From an uncultured virus (IMG/VR IMGVR_UViG_3300028903_000005) (Duplodnaviria > Heunggongvirae > Uroviricota > Caudoviricetes), in the IMG/VR virus record IMGVR_UViG_3300028903_000005: a stretch of DNA of 20,000 nucleotides; one strand, 5' to 3'. The first letter of the stretch is position 1. Each line of letters starts with the position of its first letter. Below are positions 19,218-20,000 of the stretch, piece by piece. The position numbers and the translations under genes were made by a program. Under the pieces are notes generated by a model, which saw nothing but the letters and a program-made list of their open reading frames with translations, made no database searches and was not told the origin of the DNA.

Positions 19218-19402
19218 TGGAAGAAGAAATAATAGTAATAGACAAATTCGAAGTATTTTATAAATGGTATCGTTGGTGGAAAGCGCGCGGGGGAATGCAT
19301 TACTATGGATGGGGCGATGGAGAATATATTCTTGAAGGTTTGAGAAACGACCCGGTTAAAATTATAAAGTTGGGGCGATTGCAGGGATGGTTTGAAAAAT
19401 AA
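19217..19402 (+). CDS. Hypothetical aromatic-rich protein, 61 aa
   Basis: TAATG overlap with the peptidase stop and GGTG upstream. Confidence 0.65.
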   Translation: MEEEIIVIDKFEVFYKWYRWWKARGGMHYYGWGDGEYILEGLRNDPVKIIKLGRLQGWFEK

Positions 19403-19452
19403 TAAATATTATATACAAAAACTTTAAATACTATAAAAACATATACATTAAT

Positions 19453-19590
19453 ATGGAAAAGGAACGTGGTATTAGAGTTTCCGAAAGACTTAAAAATAAG
19501 ATTAAACGCGCAGCAATTTCTCATAATATGACAATGGTTGCTTATTTAGATTATATTGTTCCAGAAATTAAAATGGAAGAAGTTAAATGA
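19453..19590 (+). CDS. Ribbon-helix-helix-like protein, 45 aa, missing from the ORF track (MEKERGIRVSERLKNKIKRAAISHNMTMVAYLDYIVPEIKMEEVK)
   Basis: Translated by hand. Strand-helix-helix RHH pattern, TTTAAATA at 19423-19430, ATGA overlap with the next gene. Confidence 0.7.
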   Translation: MEKERGIRVSERLKNKIKRAAISHNMTMVAYLDYIVPEIKMEEVK

Positions 19591-20000
19591 TTTTGACTTA
19601 TAAAATTAAACATAATAGAGATTTCACTTATGAATTAGCGAAGGCTTTCGAAGTAGCAGAATTTGTAGTTAAAAATAAAATAAAAAAATACAATACATCG
19701 TTGGTAAAAGATATTCGCGGTTGTTTGCCAGCTTTAATTGCTGGTCAAGTAATGAGAAAATATGGAAATCAAAATAAAATTAAAAAAATTCATAATATTA
19801 ATTTAATAGTTTCTAATCAAGGAATAAAATTCTTTGAAGAAACAAATTCCATTTGGATACCTTGTTTAAAACTCCATTTGGAAAATACCATTCCATACAA
19901 ATTTATTAAAATTAACCAAGCGGAAATAGATAATAATTTTGTTTGTTTTGCTTGCACAATTCAAGAACAACCCGAGATGATACCCCAATCGTTCGTTGGA
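19587..20000 (+). CDS. tnpB: Compact TnpB / Cas12f-like RNA-guided endonuclease, first 138 aa, truncated by the window end
   Basis: Open to the window end. MILTYKIKHNRDF...QVMRKY...WIPCLKL...KINQAEID...PQSFVG resembles short methanogen TnpBs as I recall them. The window stops where RuvC-I (VG[VI]D) is expected. Confidence 0.75.
   Translation, partial: MILTYKIKHNRDFTYELAKAFEVAEFVVKNKIKKYNTSLVKDIRGCLPALIAGQVMRKYGNQNKIKKIHNINLIVSNQGIKFFEETNSIWIPCLKLHLENTIPYKFIKINQAEIDNNFVCFACTIQEQPEMIPQSFVG

Overview
AT-rich (roughly 35% GC by eye), gene-dense segment of what is most likely an archaeal virus or virus-like element, probably of a Methanomicrobiales-type methanogen. Evidence: archaeal BRE-TATA promoters, GGTGA-type RBSs, secreted proteins rich in N-glycosylation sequons, PKD domains, a DUF3821/S-layer-like gene, and no housekeeping genes. 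No terminase, portal or HK97 capsid gene is recognisable. A long, tightly packed minus-strand block encodes a secreted CBM+2xPKD adhesin, five membrane proteins (three are tiny two-helix proteins), a secreted Gly-rich fibre-like protein and a 1648-aa protein. That protein reads like a delivered multi-effector: coiled coil, Gly-rich hydrophobic helices, an ADP-ribosyltransferase-like domain, an AbiEii-like nucleotidyltransferase domain and a Ser/Pro-rich basic tail. The plus-strand right arm has a Zn-ribbon gene, an S-layer-like glycoprotein, an A24 prepilin-type peptidase and an RHH gene coupled to a compact TnpB that runs off the window end. The left arm has disordered proteins with basic tails, a stand-alone M41-like protease and a TYW3-like small protein. 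Alternating (CG)n runs are strongly over-represented. All family calls come from motif recognition by eye, not from database searches.
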